Below are positions 1 through 9,402 of a stretch of 64,000 nt of DNA, piece after piece; the stretch's first letter is position 1, and each line of letters starts with the position of its first letter. The translations under genes were made by a program, and so were the position numbers. A model generated the notes under the pieces. That model saw only the letters and a list, made by a program, of their open reading frames with translations. It searched no databases and was not told the DNA's origin. The DNA is taken from positions 1 to 64,000 of the IMG/VR virus record IMGVR_UViG_3300027653_000769; one strand, given 5' to 3'. Source of the stretch: a virus. Taxonomy: Duplodnaviria; Caudoviricetes.

Positions 1-45
1 ATGTGTGAGGACTCCAACGGAAAGAAAAAAGAGGAGGAGAACGGT

Positions 46-222
46 ATGGCTACATTAGGAATAACAAATTGTTACACCATTAATAGGAGAGAGGCAGAAC
101 TTATTGCTAACACCCCCAAAACAACAGTCAAAAAACCTTCGTATGTAAACAAATTCCATCTATCCCCAGAAGAACGTCAGAAGAGAGCCTTAGACGTATT
201 AAATAAATGGAAGTATCTTTAA
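46..222 (+). CDS. Small protein, putative antitoxin of the downstream GNAT
   Basis: RBS GAGGAGG at 31-37 favours ATG 46 over ATG 1; 58 aa; overlaps the GNAT start by 16 nt. Confidence 0.55.
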   Translation: MATLGITNCYTINRREAELIANTPKTTVKKPSYVNKFHLSPEERQKRALDVLNKWKYL

Positions 223-743
223 ATCCTATTCCATTAATCGATTTAATAAAACAGGGTGGAGATGAGTTAAATAACATGCTCCACTCTTTTTCATGTGAAA
301 TTAATGGAAGTATTGAAGACTTCTTGCATAATAAAGCAATTAAACAGGAAAAAGAAGACAATGCGAGAACAACTCTTATTATTGATGATGAAACAGGGGA
401 TATTGTAGGTTACTTTACTGTATTAATAGAAAATTTTTTATTTACAGATGCCAGTAGAAATAATAGAAAAAAATTAGCGGGAGATAAGGATGCTACAAGT
501 TTTAATTGTATTCTGATTGCAAAGATAGGAAGAAGCGACAAATACAAAGGAATGGTGAGCGGATCAGAGATTTTAGATGCGGCCATTTATACTTGCTCTT
601 TAATAAAAGGAATGACAGCTACAAAATTAGTCTGCGTTGAGTATGTCAATGAACCTAATCTCGTACAATTCTATGAAAATAACGATTTTAAGTACTTACA
701 ACAAAATGAAAATGGACTAAACATTAGCTTTTTAAAAATATAA
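207..743 (+). CDS. GNAT-family acetyltransferase, putative type II TA toxin
   Basis: FSCEINGSIEDFL, IVGYFT, ILIAKIGRSDKYKG and LVQFYENNDF match the pattern of tRNA-acetylating GNAT toxins. Confidence 0.75.
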   Translation: MEVSLNPIPLIDLIKQGGDELNNMLHSFSCEINGSIEDFLHNKAIKQEKEDNARTTLIIDDETGDIVGYFTVLIENFLFTDASRNNRKKLAGDKDATSFNCILIAKIGRSDKYKGMVSGSEILDAAIYTCSLIKGMTATKLVCVEYVNEPNLVQFYENNDFKYLQQNENGLNISFLKI

Positions 744-759
744 CTAGACATTTTGTATG

Positions 760-787
760 AACCTCACATTGATATGTGGGGTTTTTT
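760..787 (+). terminator. Intrinsic terminator
   Basis: AACCTCACAT-tgat-ATGTGGGGTT followed by T-tract. Confidence 0.75.
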
Positions 788-954
788 GTGCTCAATTTCA
801 TAAGTGAATGCAAGGAAATCACTTCGGATTATGATGATGCCTTTTATATTGGAATAAACATTCCCCTGGTGTACAACGGGAAAATTCCTTCGAAATGGAA
901 AAATAGCTGATAGATCGGAACTATACACATCAAGGAAATATGGGATGTGTAAAT

Positions 955-1575
955 ATGTTTACGGTTATTTTATGGGCAGCGATTATTGGGGCTTTAATTA
1001 TTGCATTTAAACGCATTGCAAGTGGAATCACAATGGTATTCATTTTCATTGCAATGGTATTCTTTGCAGTATTTATGTTAGATACCGTTACGACAGTTCC
1101 AATTAGAAGTTATATATCACTTGGTTGGTACGATGACACCATTGAAGATCCACAAGGAACGGTGGAAAATGTAACACAAAAAATAACTAAGGGAGGAAAG
1201 AAAGCAGTAGACGAGATAAATAAGGTAGGTAAGAAAGTAGATGTGAAATATGGTACAAAAGATAACAAGGAATGGACAAAAGAAGAATCTGAAGTTACCG
1301 AACAGGAAGAAGAAAGAAAGGAAACGGACAAGCAAGATAAGAAAAAAGAGCAGTCGAAAAAGAAAGATTCCGCTAAAAAAGGAAGTATTATCTATATAAA
1401 ATATAATGATGTTAAACAAGAATTAAAGAGTAGTTTAAAAGATTTACCAAAAGAAGATAAACAAATAATCCAATCCATGACAAGTATATATAAAACAAAG
1501 ATTGATGGGGAAAGCATAGCTGTTTGGAATAACAAGGATAAAAGCGAGGACGGCATATACGTTCAATTAAAATAA
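955..1575 (+). CDS. Membrane protein (2 N-terminal TM segments, charged soluble domain)
   Basis: Hydrophobic N-terminus; start could be 940 or 955. Confidence 0.7.
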   Translation: MFTVILWAAIIGALIIAFKRIASGITMVFIFIAMVFFAVFMLDTVTTVPIRSYISLGWYDDTIEDPQGTVENVTQKITKGGKKAVDEINKVGKKVDVKYGTKDNKEWTKEESEVTEQEEERKETDKQDKKKEQSKKKDSAKKGSIIYIKYNDVKQELKSSLKDLPKEDKQIIQSMTSIYKTKIDGESIAVWNNKDKSEDGIYVQLK

Positions 1576-1586
1576 ATAGTTAGGTC

Positions 1587-1621
1587 ATAGGTAAGGCTAC
1601 TTCGGTGGTCTTATCTATTTT
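1587..1621 (+). terminator. Intrinsic terminator
   Basis: ATAGGTAAGGCTAC-ttcg-GTGGTCTTATCTAT plus T-tract. Confidence 0.75.
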
Positions 1622-1700
1622 AATTTTTAAGGGAAAGTAATTTGGGAGGGATCTAATTAAATTTTAATAAACAAATGCAATAACTAGAAAGAGGGAAAGA

Positions 1701-2771
1701 ATGGACAATTTACAGGGATTAACCAGTACTGAGTATATCGTATTGGTTTTAGATGCAATCATATTACTTATCTTCTTCTATAAGGTTTTAAAGAACATAC
1801 AGAGTATGAAGATGACAGGCATGTTTAAGGGAATGATTTGGGTTTTTGGAATTTGGTTTGTATCTAAATTGTTTGGGATGACCATGACAACCCAAGTATT
1901 TGGGACAATCATAAGCTACACATTTTTAGCAGTAATCATATTATTTCCAGATGAGTTTAAACGAATGCTGGATCATTACGGGAGAAGAAGAGTAATTAAA
2001 TGGAATAAGGAAAAGTTACTCAATTTACAAGGAAGAAAGGCAGTTGCAGAAGCAGTAATACAACTTTCCAGACAAAGAGAAGGTGCTTTAATAGTTATTG
2101 CAAGAGAATCAAATTTACAGGAAGAAATAGATAGAGGGGAAACTTTAGGAGAAATTAAGGTTACTTCAGATATGATACAGACATTTTTCCAGGAAGGCGG
2201 CGCATACGCAAACGGGGCAATGATTATTAAGGATAATACGATTGTTGCTGCAAACAGTTTACTAGATATAGCAAAACGAGAAGATCTTATTAGGAGTGGA
2301 GCAGGGAATCGACATTTGGCCGCTTTGCAGGTTACATGGGCAAAGGATTGTGTAGCGGTTGTAGTAAGTGCCACTACAGGAAAAATAACAGTTGCGGGTA
2401 AAGCAGGCAAGAAATTGGAGTACATGTATGCCATGGATACAAAACAAATGGACATTCACAATGGAATAGATGAATTTGAACTAGAACATTTAATAGATGG
2501 GTTATTAAATAACAAACGGGCTACAGAGGAAGAAATAGAAGATAAGCGCAAACAACAAAACGATAACTATAAAGCATTAACAAAGGAAGAAAGAAAACAA
2601 CAGATAGAGAGAAGAAAAGAGGAAAGAGAGAAAGAGAAGGCACAAAAGCGTAAAAAACATGCCGATAGAAGGAAGAATGGAGGAAAACGAAAGAAGAAAC
2701 AAGATAAGACGGAGGAAACGAGGCCAACCTCAAGAGGGTTTGGTGGGTATGATACAGATTATTTTAAATAG
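1701..2771 (+). CDS. cdaA: CdaA/DacA-like membrane diadenylate cyclase homolog with substituted catalytic motifs
   Basis: 3 N-terminal TM, IILFPDEFKRML, AVIQLSRQREGALIVI, DAC-domain layout; HDGA is ANGA, RHR is RHL, SEETG is SATTG; long charged C-tail. Confidence 0.88.
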   Translation: MDNLQGLTSTEYIVLVLDAIILLIFFYKVLKNIQSMKMTGMFKGMIWVFGIWFVSKLFGMTMTTQVFGTIISYTFLAVIILFPDEFKRMLDHYGRRRVIKWNKEKLLNLQGRKAVAEAVIQLSRQREGALIVIARESNLQEEIDRGETLGEIKVTSDMIQTFFQEGGAYANGAMIIKDNTIVAANSLLDIAKREDLIRSGAGNRHLAALQVTWAKDCVAVVVSATTGKITVAGKAGKKLEYMYAMDTKQMDIHNGIDEFELEHLIDGLLNNKRATEEEIEDKRKQQNDNYKALTKEERKQQIERRKEEREKEKAQKRKKHADRRKNGGKRKKKQDKTEETRPTSRGFGGYDTDYFK

Positions 2772-2782
2772 GGGGAGGGAAA

Positions 2783-3421
2783 ATGAGAAAAAAACCAAGT
2801 ACATTCAAAGCAATAGTAGGGACTTTAATTTCAACGGTTCTAGGAGTGTATGCAATTTATGTAAATCCATTTGAACCTAAAGATACACTTCACACGAAGG
2901 AATTTGTTGACGTGCCTATACAAATGGAAGTACCAGACAGGTACGCAGGTACATTACAAGAACCAACTGTCAATTTAGAAGTACAAGGAACAAAGGAAAT
3001 GATAAAAAAGATAAAAGAAAAGACCCCAAATATATCTGTCCAATTTAAAGGGGAAGAGAGCGAGCAGACAAAGGAACTTGAGGTACATGATTTAGATAAC
3101 TATATCTATAGTTTAGGAAAAGAACGGGTGAAAGGAAATGTGGTGGAAATTGAGCCAGAAGAAGTGCAGCCAAAGGTTATTATAAAAGGGCAGCCAAAAG
3201 AAAAAGTTAAATCGGTTGAGGTACTTGATACAATCAATGGTTTCTTTAAAGACAGCGAGAAGGAAATATTAGGAGAGGTTAATGTAGTCATAAGTGGCGA
3301 GGATATAACAAAATCAAAGGAAATAGAAGGTATTGTTGAAGTAGAGGATACGGATGGAAATAAAATGAGTTCAAAACTTGTAGATAAAGAGAAAGTAAAA
3401 GTAGAAGTATTGACAGACTAG
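2783..3421 (+). CDS. Short CdaR/YbbR-like protein
   Basis: Single N-terminal TM then YbbR-like repeat (VDVPIQM...EPTVNLEVQGTKEMI); 11 nt downstream of the cdaA-like gene as in cdaA-cdaR operons. Confidence 0.7.
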   Translation: MRKKPSTFKAIVGTLISTVLGVYAIYVNPFEPKDTLHTKEFVDVPIQMEVPDRYAGTLQEPTVNLEVQGTKEMIKKIKEKTPNISVQFKGEESEQTKELEVHDLDNYIYSLGKERVKGNVVEIEPEEVQPKVIIKGQPKEKVKSVEVLDTINGFFKDSEKEILGEVNVVISGEDITKSKEIEGIVEVEDTDGNKMSSKLVDKEKVKVEVLTD

Positions 3422-3432
3422 GGGGCAAGGCA

Positions 3433-3849
3433 GTGATTGAAGAAGATGTGCAAAATTTAGGGGAGCAGATTTCCGATATTATTGATCAAATGGAAATACG
3501 GGCATTAATAGAAAGAACAAATTCCTTAAGTATGGCAACGAATTGGAAGATTAAAAACGAAAAGAAAGTAAGAGATATATGGAATTTACTTGAGATTGTG
3601 GAGCTGACTTGTTTTATAGGGGATAAGTCAGTTAGAGATGTTTTACGTTTCTATGACGGTTATTTAATACCCCTTTCCAACCATCGGTGGGTTAAGATTT
3701 TACAAAATCAAAACAAGATTAATGGATGTGTATATTATGAGAATGGAAAAGCGTATCGGATATTGTCTGATGGAAAAGACAAGGAATTTAATTGTCAAAA
3801 ATATGATGTTAAGAAAGTAAGGGGATCGGAGTATTTTTTAATTGTGTAA
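3433..3849 (+). CDS. Hypothetical protein
   Basis: 138-aa ORF, RBS, operon spacing. Confidence 0.7.
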   Translation: MIEEDVQNLGEQISDIIDQMEIRALIERTNSLSMATNWKIKNEKKVRDIWNLLEIVELTCFIGDKSVRDVLRFYDGYLIPLSNHRWVKILQNQNKINGCVYYENGKAYRILSDGKDKEFNCQKYDVKKVRGSEYFLIV

Positions 3850-3867
3850 AGAAAGGGAGGACAAAGA

Positions 3868-4320
3868 ATGATTAAAGAGGAAAAAATACCTTTATATATG
3901 TATGAAAAACATGCAGACGTTTTAGAAAGAGATTTATTTGAACAAGGAGCTTCCCAAGGGTGGTTAAAGATAAACAGGTCTTATAACAATGTATTTAATA
4001 GCGTACAGAGGTTATCAACTATGTTAAAAGTATTACGGGTTGAAATTGCATATGGGTATATGGAAATACAGCCCAACTTATATTTGAGACATTGCTTTTT
4101 AGTACAAGATGATAAGGTAATTGATACAAATATACATTTCTATTCCGAGCAACCCCCGTCAAAGTATTATGTATTTTGGAAGGCAGATGTACCAGATTAT
4201 GTACAGACAATCCTGCACGGTAAAGATGAACATGATTTATTTATGGAAAAGACATTAGAGAAATATGAAAAGGAATGGTTAAATTATACAAAAAGGAATC
4301 ATATTAAAAGTATTTATTAG
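3868..4320 (+). CDS. Hypothetical protein, possible papain/transglutaminase-like fold
   Basis: RBS GGGAGG; SYNN...AYGY...RHCF...VID pattern. Confidence 0.6.
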   Translation: MIKEEKIPLYMYEKHADVLERDLFEQGASQGWLKINRSYNNVFNSVQRLSTMLKVLRVEIAYGYMEIQPNLYLRHCFLVQDDKVIDTNIHFYSEQPPSKYYVFWKADVPDYVQTILHGKDEHDLFMEKTLEKYEKEWLNYTKRNHIKSIY

Positions 4321-4331
4321 GGGATGACATA

Positions 4332-5390
4332 ATGAGTAATGATTACGAGGAAAGAATACATCGATTGCCAACCTCTTTAATGGATAAAGAGTCAGCAGCA
4401 AGAGCGCACATGACCGCTTCGGAGGATACGTATTATTCCTTACAGGAGTTACAGAAAATAAATAAGAATTTAGAAGAAATAAATCAAAATCAGAACAAGG
4501 AAAAAACAAACAGACAAGTTATTGATACTGCACAAATACCAGGTGTACGGTTCAATGTAGTGGAGTATGACAGTAGTTATGTAGGAGATTTATCACTTGC
4601 AACCGACATATATCACGCACAACAAATGGGAATGAAGTTAAGAAGTTTAGTAGTTGATTTGAACCAGGGGCAGGTCACTATGGAAAGTGGCATGTTTCAA
4701 AGTAGTGAAGGACACATTAAATTAAACCAAAGTTTTAGTGTGAAGCATATGGTTACAGGTATTATACGGAAAATGAACGAGGAAACATTCTTCCGACCTA
4801 AATTTGGAGGGACAGGAACAGTTAATTTAGAGAGTAACTTTAAGTTCATTCAGTTAATTACTGTACCAAGGGCTACGAGGTTGGTACTTGAAAAAGGAAT
4901 ATATTTAGCGAGTGCTGGGGATTGGAATTATAAGACAGCGAAGAACTTTAATCCAGGAATGGTTTTTTTCACAGAAAAGAGTGTTTTACAGACAGAGTTA
5001 GAAGGAGCAGGATTGGTCGCCTTGGAATTACCTGTACACCCAACAGAATTGACTAAGCACACCGTAACACCAGATAGGCCGTTTATTGTAAGTGGCGAAT
5101 ATGTTTTGTACTGGACAGGTAACTTAAGAAGAAAAGTAAACCCTGCTAAAAAGTTATTAGGTAACATGGCAAGTGGAAGAGGTATTGTCGAGGAATATAC
5201 AGGAGAAGGGTATGTATACACCGCACCTACACTTGGTTATTATAATCAAATCGCATCAGATATGAGAGGAGATAATACAGGAAATACAGATACCATAGGA
5301 GACGGGGCAGACATGGGCAAACGGTCAACTTCATTTTGGGAGAAAATTGGACTTCGTTGGGGCGGAGGAAGATATAATGATAATGACTAA
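4332..5390 (+). CDS. AIM24-family (TRAP-like beta-barrel) protein
   Basis: VTMESGMF, ETFFRPKFGGTGTVNLE, LEKGIYLAS, TELEGAGLVALE, SGRGIVEEYTGEGYVY. Confidence 0.75.
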   Translation: MSNDYEERIHRLPTSLMDKESAARAHMTASEDTYYSLQELQKINKNLEEINQNQNKEKTNRQVIDTAQIPGVRFNVVEYDSSYVGDLSLATDIYHAQQMGMKLRSLVVDLNQGQVTMESGMFQSSEGHIKLNQSFSVKHMVTGIIRKMNEETFFRPKFGGTGTVNLESNFKFIQLITVPRATRLVLEKGIYLASAGDWNYKTAKNFNPGMVFFTEKSVLQTELEGAGLVALELPVHPTELTKHTVTPDRPFIVSGEYVLYWTGNLRRKVNPAKKLLGNMASGRGIVEEYTGEGYVYTAPTLGYYNQIASDMRGDNTGNTDTIGDGADMGKRSTSFWEKIGLRWGGGRYNDND

Positions 5391-5504
5391 TAACACCTAA
5401 AAGCAGATTCAACCTAAAGAATTCTTAATCAACATTCTACAGTAAAACCATTTTAGGTTGATTATTGTTCTACATTTGCATATAATATGGGTATAAAGTA
5501 AATA

Positions 5505-5640
5505 CTAAAAAAGGAGTACCGATGTAATAGCGTCAGTACTCCGATAATGTAGCTATACCGCAAGAATAGCGGTGGCCATGATTAAAAAGAAAAAGTAATC
5601 TACTTCCTACATGGTGGTGCAGGGTGGATTACTTTTTTTC
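5505..5640 (+). ncRNA. Putative antisense antitoxin RNA (boundaries approximate)
   Basis: Convergent with the toxin 3' end; hairpin AAAAGTAATCTAC...GTGGATTACTTTT with T-tract at 5590-5640. Confidence 0.45.
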
Positions 5641-5718
5641 GTTCATTGCATTAACTATTGCTACGATTAATGTTCCTAAAGCACAAAGTGCAATAACATG
5701 GTCAGTAGTAATAATCAT
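5629..5718 (-). CDS. Putative holin-like type I toxin (29 aa, MIITTDHVIALCALGTLIVAIVNAMNEKK)
   Basis: Very strong RBS AGAAAGGGGGTG, single TM helix, basic C-end, own terminator at 5508-5542 on the minus strand. Confidence 0.75.
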   Translation of the reverse strand: MIITTDHVIALCALGTLIVAIVNAMNEKK

Positions 5719-5970
5719 GCCGACACCCCCTTTCTCTCTGGGAGTGCCACACGCCACCCTGCATATAGCTAAGGAATATAGTATAACACACGCAACAATA
5801 TTGAAAAATCTTAAACTATTTAAAATGGATCTTCCTATTACAGTTAAAAACACATTAAAAATTAATTTAATACAAAAAGAAAAGAGGAGATAAGAAATCT
5901 TCTCTTTTTTGTTTTAAAATCATTTAAGATATAACCCATAGATATAGATAATTAATGGGGGAATGGAGAA

Positions 5971-6747
5971 ATGAAACTTAGGAGTGAAGTGTTAAATATC
6001 CTAAATGATATACACAAGGAAATACATAAAATCAGAGGAAATACGATAGCTTTAGTGTATGGTATACGAGTTTTAGAAACAGAGGTTATTCAAACACATG
6101 AAAATGGAGATAGAGAAGAAAATACATTATTAGAGGTAAGGGCAGTCACCAGTAGTTACCATACAGGGAGTTACTTAGTCAGAACACGGAATAAATTCAG
6201 TTCAAGGGTCACAACGGAGGATGTATTTAAAAGGTATCAGGAAAGTTTGGCTACCGTTACGAATCGCCGGGATGCCTTGTTTTTATATAGTGGGGATGAA
6301 TATTTAGGAGTAACGGGAACAGATTTAGAAGGAAAAGAAGTAACCTTTTCGTTGGCATTCTCTGCAAAAGCATTTTACACACATTTATACTTATCAGCAA
6401 GATCATTTTCAAATAAAGACGAAGAGAATCTTCCTATATTGAATGATAAGTTTTTACCAAATAAGATGTATTATTATAAAGATCGTCTGTGCTTAAAAAA
6501 GGGAGATGCGGTACAGAGCGTAAAAATAGGAGAAGCAACATATTCTCTTCTGAATATTGAGGAGTCAGGTGTCTATTATAAGATGGGAATTACATATGTA
6601 ACTTTCAGATACCAAAGAAAAGACAGCTTAGAAGAGGAAACTAAGAAAATAGTTGTACCTTATATCGTCACGGACACTTTAGAAGAATTTTTTTATAAGA
6701 AATATCGGTGGGAGAACACAATTTGGAACTATATAAATGCAGTATGA
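5971..6747 (+). CDS. Hypothetical protein
   Basis: 258-aa ORF with RBS; terminator-like hairpin at 6746-6770. Confidence 0.75.
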   Translation: MKLRSEVLNILNDIHKEIHKIRGNTIALVYGIRVLETEVIQTHENGDREENTLLEVRAVTSSYHTGSYLVRTRNKFSSRVTTEDVFKRYQESLATVTNRRDALFLYSGDEYLGVTGTDLEGKEVTFSLAFSAKAFYTHLYLSARSFSNKDEENLPILNDKFLPNKMYYYKDRLCLKKGDAVQSVKIGEATYSLLNIEESGVYYKMGITYVTFRYQRKDSLEEETKKIVVPYIVTDTLEEFFYKKYRWENTIWNYINAV

Positions 6748-6809
6748 GCCTTGTTATATCAAGGCTTTTTAATTTGTAAAAATAAGTAGTAATTATTTAA
6801 AAATAAGTA

Positions 6810-6838
6810 TTGACATTTAATGAAATGTAATGTATTCT
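6810..6838 (+). promoter_or_regulatory. Conserved promoter/operator motif, copy 1
   Basis: TTGACA-tttaatgaaatgtaatg-TATTCT (17-nt spacer). Confidence 0.7.
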
Positions 6839-6944
6839 ATATATAATGAAAGAATAAAAATAAAACTAAAATGAATTCACACAACTAAAGGTTTATATAC
6901 AGGATAGAATAGATTAGACTAATGTTAGGAAGGGAGGGAAAGAA

Positions 6945-7310
6945 ATGGAAAACACAATTATGATTGTAACATTACTATGTACGATTGCGCTTATAGCAAT
7001 GATTGTTAAAGCATTGAAATTTTTATTTAATATAAGACCCATAACAGCGAGAAGGCTATACATTATCGGAGGAACAATTGCAGCTATTAACGTATTCGGA
7101 GATGCAGGCAGCTTCCAGGTATTACTATGGTGTTTCCTCGTCTTTTATGTAATCTACACATTCTTCGCCACGGTAGTTGGAGGTTTCATACGGGCAATTG
7201 GTGGAGCGCTTGGAGGAGGAGGCGGCCAACGAAGTGGATTTTCAAGACTTATCAATATTGCCATGGGGTTCTTTGCAATGGATACGGTACTTAAACAATT
7301 TAAAAAGTAG
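6945..7310 (+). CDS. Small multi-TM membrane protein with Gly-rich segment
   Basis: Strong RBS, 3-4 hydrophobic segments, monocistronic with terminator near 7340-7378. Confidence 0.75.
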   Translation: MENTIMIVTLLCTIALIAMIVKALKFLFNIRPITARRLYIIGGTIAAINVFGDAGSFQVLLWCFLVFYVIYTFFATVVGGFIRAIGGALGGGGGQRSGFSRLINIAMGFFAMDTVLKQFKK

Positions 7311-7483
7311 ATAAGTCACAACAATTATATACAAACATGAGAGAGCTTAGATCATTTAAATGGTCTGGGCTCTTTTTTAATGGAAAGACATTTTAGAGGA
7401 TAAGAAAACGAACTGAAAGTAAAAAAATGCGTGTTATATTTATAAAAACAGTAAGGGAATTAGTTTAAAGGAGGAAAATTTAT

Positions 7484-7975
7484 TTGGGAAGATTTATTAA
7501 TAAGAATCAATTGAAGGGTAAAAGTCCCATTGCAATCTTTGTAGAGAATAATGGTGGAAAAAAAGAAGTCGTTTATAAGGTACTTCCAGAACGAGATTTC
7601 TACAAGATTGTAGATGTGGAGTATATGCCGGGAGAAAACACACAACATGTCTTAGTTGGTATAAAAGAAATGAAAGGGTCATTAACAGAAAAAGAAGAGG
7701 ATGCCCTTATCCGAGCAGTAAGTACAGAAAGAGACGAGGAAGATATTTGTGTAGTTGGTAATGCAGGCAATACATTTATTCTTTACTTAAATCAGGATGG
7801 AATGGCTATTTACAGAACAGAGGAAGATCCGATGAAGGTTAAAGTATTTGATGACAAACGACCAAAGGCATGTGAGTATTTTGGATTGTTAATGGAGGGT
7901 AGTCTTGAACAGGCAAAAGAAATGGCAAGGGAATCAATATCTTATTGGAAAGAAAATACCACTGAAAGAGTCTAA
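7484..7975 (+). CDS. Hypothetical protein
   Basis: RBS AAAGGAGGA, TTG start. Confidence 0.75.
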   Translation: MGRFINKNQLKGKSPIAIFVENNGGKKEVVYKVLPERDFYKIVDVEYMPGENTQHVLVGIKEMKGSLTEKEEDALIRAVSTERDEEDICVVGNAGNTFILYLNQDGMAIYRTEEDPMKVKVFDDKRPKACEYFGLLMEGSLEQAKEMARESISYWKENTTERV

Positions 7976-8014
7976 GAATAGATAGTAATTAGTGTAGGAT
8001 AGTCAAAAAAAGTA

Positions 8015-8473
8015 TTGATAAGGAAAACATTAAGAAACAGTAAATCTCCAATAACTTTCAATAGAGGGGAGACGGGGAGTTTGAACGTAAATGCTATATA
8101 TAACAATTTTTCAGTAAATAACTATACAGGAGCGGACCTGGAGAAATTAGGAGTTAAATTAGTTCAACAAGTACTTAACCATATTGGAATGATTCGGTAT
8201 AACAAAACAAAGATTAAGGAATTTGATTTCAATCCAAAGGAGATCGGACAAATAACAGATATATCTTACAGGGTACTTAGTGGGGTAAACATATATAAAG
8301 GACTAGCAGACTATCGACTAACGATGCAAGACCTTGTAGAGACGATTCGAGATATGAAAAGTAGCGGACAGGTTAAGGATTCTGTAAAAGTGTCTATGAG
8401 AAATTCGGTAGCAACAGAATTACGAAGATTCATGTCCGAGAATTTAAACTTTGAGGAGATATGGGATATATGA
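8015..8473 (+). CDS. Hypothetical protein
   Basis: 152-aa ORF overlapping the next start. Confidence 0.65.
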   Translation: MIRKTLRNSKSPITFNRGETGSLNVNAIYNNFSVNNYTGADLEKLGVKLVQQVLNHIGMIRYNKTKIKEFDFNPKEIGQITDISYRVLSGVNIYKGLADYRLTMQDLVETIRDMKSSGQVKDSVKVSMRNSVATELRRFMSENLNFEEIWDI

Positions 8474-9333
8474 AAAAGAAAGTATATTTAGCGGTGGCAT
8501 TAGGAACAGCTTTACTCGTTACCGGGTGTGGAAAAGCAGATTCAAGTGAATTAGCCACTATTAATGGAAAAGAATTCACGAACACAGATTATATTGAAAT
8601 GATGAACAGTACTTTGGATGCTGAAACAAAGCAAAGTGCTTTTATAGACAAGGTAATTGGTGAACTAGCGAATGAGGAAAAAACAGATAAAGTATATAAC
8701 GATTACTTAGACCAGTTAGAGTCCTCGGACAAGGAAATGTATGACAGTTTAAGTGAAGATGAAAAGGATGCCTTAAAAGAAGCGTCCAAGCAACAAGCGG
8801 GAATGGTTGAAGCATTAAAAAAGTCAGAATTAGTTACAGGAAAACAGATAGATAAGGAATACAAGGAACGAAATAAGAAAGCAGTAGTTGATGCAGTAAT
8901 TATTCCACAAGATTCCGATGTAAAAGCATCTGATGTAGAGGACATTCTAAAAGAAAAAGATACAGAAGGTGCAGGTAAGGCTCTTGAAAAATTAGATGAT
9001 ACTTTAAATTACGAAAAAGGAACAGAGTACACAGAATATACAGCACCTCGAGAAGTTATGTCTACCTTTGATAAAGAAGAAGGAGATGTATTTACAGAAG
9101 AACTGGATGGAATTTCAATGGTACTCAAAGTAAACAGTATTGAAAAGCTCGCTAAGGAAGAATTAGAGAATGAAATTGTATTAACGCTGGGTGGAGAATC
9201 CGTACAGGATAACATCACTTTTATTGAAGCAATGGAAGATAAAAACATTATTAAAATAAAGAAAGATTTAAGAGAATACCTACAGTTGGATGAAGAGAAA
9301 GCAACAGCAGGAGAAGAAAAAGAAACTAAATAA
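8470..9333 (+). CDS. Lipoprotein, divergent PrsA/foldase-like
   Basis: Lipobox LVTGC, then LATINGKEFT and VTGKQIDKEY as in the PrsA NC domain; no clear parvulin catalytic motifs. Confidence 0.55.
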   Translation: MKKKVYLAVALGTALLVTGCGKADSSELATINGKEFTNTDYIEMMNSTLDAETKQSAFIDKVIGELANEEKTDKVYNDYLDQLESSDKEMYDSLSEDEKDALKEASKQQAGMVEALKKSELVTGKQIDKEYKERNKKAVVDAVIIPQDSDVKASDVEDILKEKDTEGAGKALEKLDDTLNYEKGTEYTEYTAPREVMSTFDKEEGDVFTEELDGISMVLKVNSIEKLAKEELENEIVLTLGGESVQDNITFIEAMEDKNIIKIKKDLREYLQLDEEKATAGEEKETK

Positions 9334-9402
9334 GCATAGAAATAGAGAAAAACAGAGAAGTAAGATAGATAAATAAAATACTAGGGAACGCAGGAGGAAA
9401 AC

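Noticed and set aside
1701-2771. Chromosomal housekeeping cdaA locus
   Set aside because: No glmM, short CdaR, altered catalytic motifs, mobile-element context
5624-5893. 89-aa plus ORF and the 74-aa extended minus ORF
   Set aside because: The RBS supports only the 29-aa peptide starting at 5718; the plus ORF is its antisense
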